64,000 nt of DNA from Candidatus Binataceae bacterium (lineage in GTDB: Bacteria > Desulfobacterota > Binatia > Binatales > Binataceae): contig DATJMX010000022.1 in the NCBI GenBank assembly GCA_035508495.1, positions 44,139-108,138 on the forward strand, given 5' to 3'. Of this stretch, positions 61,454-64,000 are shown one piece after another (within the stretch, counting starts at the first letter, position 1; each line of letters begins with the position of its first letter). Made by a program: the position numbers and the translations under genes. The notes beneath the pieces are model-generated. The model was not told where the DNA came from. It saw only the letters and a program-made list of their open reading frames with translations, and did no database searches.

Positions 61454-63352
61454 ATGAATCGTGAACACGGACCCGAACGCCGCGGCGGTCAGGGCCTCGA
61501 TCCAAATCAGTACGAATCGGGCGACCGCGCGATCGCGGCGCTGCTCAAGACCACGCGCGCGGGTGACGAGGTCGATCTCGTTGCCACCTGGCGCGACGGC
61601 GCTTATGAAATCTGGTCGCAACGCGGGATGATCAGGTTCAGGCGATTGATCGGTGCGACAGGCGCGATCGAGTTCGAGATCATCGAACAGATCGGTGACA
61701 ACCCGGTCGTGAATCAAGACCCCTTCGCCGTCTCGACGATCGAAGAGGAGCTCGACGCAGCTCGCGCAAGCGGCAACCCGACCGAGGATTCAAATCGCGC
61801 GTTCTTCGAGCCGCATACGCTCACCCATCCGCACGCCTACGAGCGAATCGCGCAGGTCTTCGACAGTCCGCGCGGTCCCGACCTGATCGTCAGTCCCAAG
61901 GCCTACGCCTACGGTATCCAGCCGGGCCAGCATGGCGCACTCGATGTCGTTCAGTCGCGCGCGCCGCTTATATTCAGCGGACCTGGAGTGCGCGCGGGTA
62001 AGTTCAAGCTCGCGGCGCGCCATGTCGACGTTGCGCCGACGATTGCGGCGCTATTGGACTTCCCAACGATTCGTGGAATCGATGCCGCCGGCCAACGCGC
62101 CGACGTTTACCTCGAGCGCCAGGACGGAAGCGTCCTTGACGAGGTCATCGATTCATCGGTCCCGAGGGCCGAGCGCGTTTACATGATCCTGCTCGATGGG
62201 CTTTCGCATTCGGAGCTCGTCTATCAGCTCGAGAGCAACGCCGATGCGATCCCGAATCTCGCGCGCCTCGTCGCGCAGGGCGCGATGCTCTCGCACGGCT
62301 CGATCGTCAACTTCCCCAGCATCACGTGGCCGAGCCATTCGACGATCCTGACTGGCACCTGGTGCGGGCATCACGATGTCGTCAACCCGACGTTCCACCT
62401 GCGCGAGCATCGCGAGACCGTGCCGATTCAGGGCAACATCTTCGAGACCGAGCGCTTCCTGAATCACGAAGTCGAAACGCTCTACGAGGCGTTCAAGCGC
62501 GTCAAGGGTGCGAGCGCGATCACCGCTTCGATTCATGAGCCGCAGGGACGCGGCGCCGACCACGCGGTCTTCGAGCGGCGAATCGTGGGCGACAAGGCGC
62601 GCCTCAAGGCGCTCACGGCGGAGATGGCGGACGACGTGAGCCCGCGCTGGATGGCTGACGGCATCCCCGCGATGCATCGCGAGGAGATCGTTGACGTGCG
62701 CGGGATGGCGCAGGCGATCGCGCTCTTCGAGCATTGCCAAGTGCCGCCGGTATTCGTCGCGCACGAGTTCGTGCTGACCGATGGCGCCGGCCACGACTAC
62801 GGCCCGCATCACGAGGGTCTGCGCGAAGCGCTCTACCGCACCGATCGGCGCATCGGGCAGTTGCTCGCGATGCTGAAGGGGCGCGGCATCCTCGACAGCA
62901 CGCTGTTCGTCGTCACTTCCGATCACGGGATGGCGGCGCAGCGCATCGACCTCAAGGCGAATCCTGCGGCCGAGCCGGCCAGCGTCGGAATCAAAGGTAT
63001 CTTCGCCGAGCCAATCATTTATCTTCGCGATCTCAACGTCGAAATCGAGCGCGCGCGCGATCTTCGCAGCCTTCGCGTGATTGTTCGCGACAATGACCAT
63101 CTGCCGGACGGCGAGCATCCTCCAGTCAGCGGCGCGCTTGTCGAACTGCGCCGCGGGGATGCGCTGCTGGCGAGCGCCGTCACGCTCGAGGATGGCCGCG
63201 TCGCGTTCGCGACTCCGGCCGATGCGGCGGACGGCGAGCTGCTGATCGTGATCGAGCATCCGGATTTCAATCCCCGCAATCTGAGCGGCGACGGCTCGCC
63301 GATTCGCGAAGATTTGCGCCGCCTGCTCTATGGCGAATTGTCCGCGAGATGA
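61454..63352 (+). CDS. Alkaline-phosphatase-superfamily phosphodiesterase/nucleotide pyrophosphatase-like protein
   Basis: MILLDGLSHSEL (metal Asp), FPSITWPSHSTILTG (nucleophile Thr/Ser region), DGAGHDYGP, VVTSDHGM. Confidence 0.8.
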   Translation: MNREHGPERRGGQGLDPNQYESGDRAIAALLKTTRAGDEVDLVATWRDGAYEIWSQRGMIRFRRLIGATGAIEFEIIEQIGDNPVVNQDPFAVSTIEEELDAARASGNPTEDSNRAFFEPHTLTHPHAYERIAQVFDSPRGPDLIVSPKAYAYGIQPGQHGALDVVQSRAPLIFSGPGVRAGKFKLAARHVDVAPTIAALLDFPTIRGIDAAGQRADVYLERQDGSVLDEVIDSSVPRAERVYMILLDGLSHSELVYQLESNADAIPNLARLVAQGAMLSHGSIVNFPSITWPSHSTILTGTWCGHHDVVNPTFHLREHRETVPIQGNIFETERFLNHEVETLYEAFKRVKGASAITASIHEPQGRGADHAVFERRIVGDKARLKALTAEMADDVSPRWMADGIPAMHREEIVDVRGMAQAIALFEHCQVPPVFVAHEFVLTDGAGHDYGPHHEGLREALYRTDRRIGQLLAMLKGRGILDSTLFVVTSDHGMAAQRIDLKANPAAEPASVGIKGIFAEPIIYLRDLNVEIERARDLRSLRVIVRDNDHLPDGEHPPVSGALVELRRGDALLASAVTLEDGRVAFATPADAADGELLIVIEHPDFNPRNLSGDGSPIREDLRRLLYGELSAR

Positions 63353-63385
63353 TCGCCCCACAGAATTGCTGGTAAACTCGCGCGC

Positions 63386-64000
63386 ATGCTGGATCTGAAG
63401 AACAAAACTGCGCTTGTCACGGGAGGCACGCGTGGACTTGGGCGCGCGATCGCGTTCGAGCTCGCCAAGCTCGGCGCCACACTCGCGCTCAACTATCGCC
63501 GCGACGAAGCGAGCGCCGAGCGCACGCTCGGCGAGATTCGCGCGATCGCGCCGAAATCGTTTCTCGTCAAAGCCGACCTCGAAGATGACGCCGCGACCCG
63601 CCAGATGGTCATCGACGCCGCGCGCCAGCTCGGCGGCCGCCTCGACATTCTGATCGCGAACGCAGCCGCGACCGCATTCAAGCCGTTGCTCCAGATGAAG
63701 CCGCACAACCTCGCCCGCACCTTCGCGCTCAGCGTCAACGGCTTCGTCGCGATGATCCAGGAGGCCAACAAGGTGATGGGCGACGGCGGCCGCATCCTGA
63801 TGATCTCGGGCATCGATTCAATCCGGAACCTGCCGCTGCACGGTGCGCTCGCGGCCGCCAAGGCGGCCCTGGAAGCCATGGTGCGCGACTTCGCCTTTGA
63901 GCTGGGGCCGCGCGGAATAACGGTCAACGGCATCAACGTTGGGTACATCGATACCGACTCGGCGCGGATGTACGCCGAGGCGCTTGGCGACACCTACGAG
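63386..64000 (+). CDS. SDR-family oxidoreductase (FabG/FabL-like), 3'-truncated by window edge
   Basis: Not in the ORF track because it has no stop before the window edge. ATG 63386; my translation is MLDLKNKTALVTGGTRGLGRAIAFEL...NAAATAF...AAAKAALEAMVRDFAFELGPRGITVN, with the TGxxxGxG and YxxxK-equivalent regions. Confidence 0.9.
   Translation, partial: MLDLKNKTALVTGGTRGLGRAIAFELAKLGATLALNYRRDEASAERTLGEIRAIAPKSFLVKADLEDDAATRQMVIDAARQLGGRLDILIANAAATAFKPLLQMKPHNLARTFALSVNGFVAMIQEANKVMGDGGRILMISGIDSIRNLPLHGALAAAKAALEAMVRDFAFELGPRGITVNGINVGYIDTDSARMYAEALGDTYE

Overview
GC-rich bacterial chromosomal window, densely coding on both strands: about 65 protein genes and one tRNA. I saw no rRNA, CRISPR array, transposase or integrase. 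It opens inside dnaK-dnaJ. Much of it is core metabolism: aroE, pyrE, thiolase/DUF35, acyl-CoA dehydrogenase, two CoA-transferases, 2-oxoacid dehydrogenase E1ab/E2, an aminotransferase and nth. Several accessory envelope modules are interspersed. (1) 5.1-13.2 kb: a translationally coupled operon with a fused GT4-GT2 glycosyltransferase, two PAPS-type sulfotransferases, a GT-C membrane glycosyltransferase and a VOC protein, divergent from a DrrAB/NodIJ-like ABC-2 exporter. I read this as a sulfated glycoconjugate pathway. (2) 19.2-24.6 kb: CHRD + DUF1329 + DUF1302 outer-membrane module followed by an ECF sigma/anti-sigma pair. (3) 26.97-29.24 kb: a Sec-exported, mostly disordered 757-aa protein ending in a minimal but catalytically complete protein-kinase-like domain. 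This is my best candidate for something undescribed. (4) 41.0-48.2 kb: an odd six-gene operon with E1a-E1b-E2 (no E3), an exported M20 peptidase, a FIST sensor and a P450 whose 3' end looks frameshifted. (5) 48.4-56.1 kb: a MoxR/DUF58/BatA-N/double-vWA (Bat-like) cluster preceded by a low-complexity membrane protein. Also present: a VapBC-type TA pair, initiator tRNA-fMet with a plausible promoter, and an ORF-track-invisible 59-codon gene with its own SD and terminator. All family assignments come from motif recognition in the translated ORFs; no searches were run. Starts are inferred from SD spacing, gene overlaps and typical family N-termini. The many long antisense ORFs in the track are treated as GC-driven shadow ORFs.
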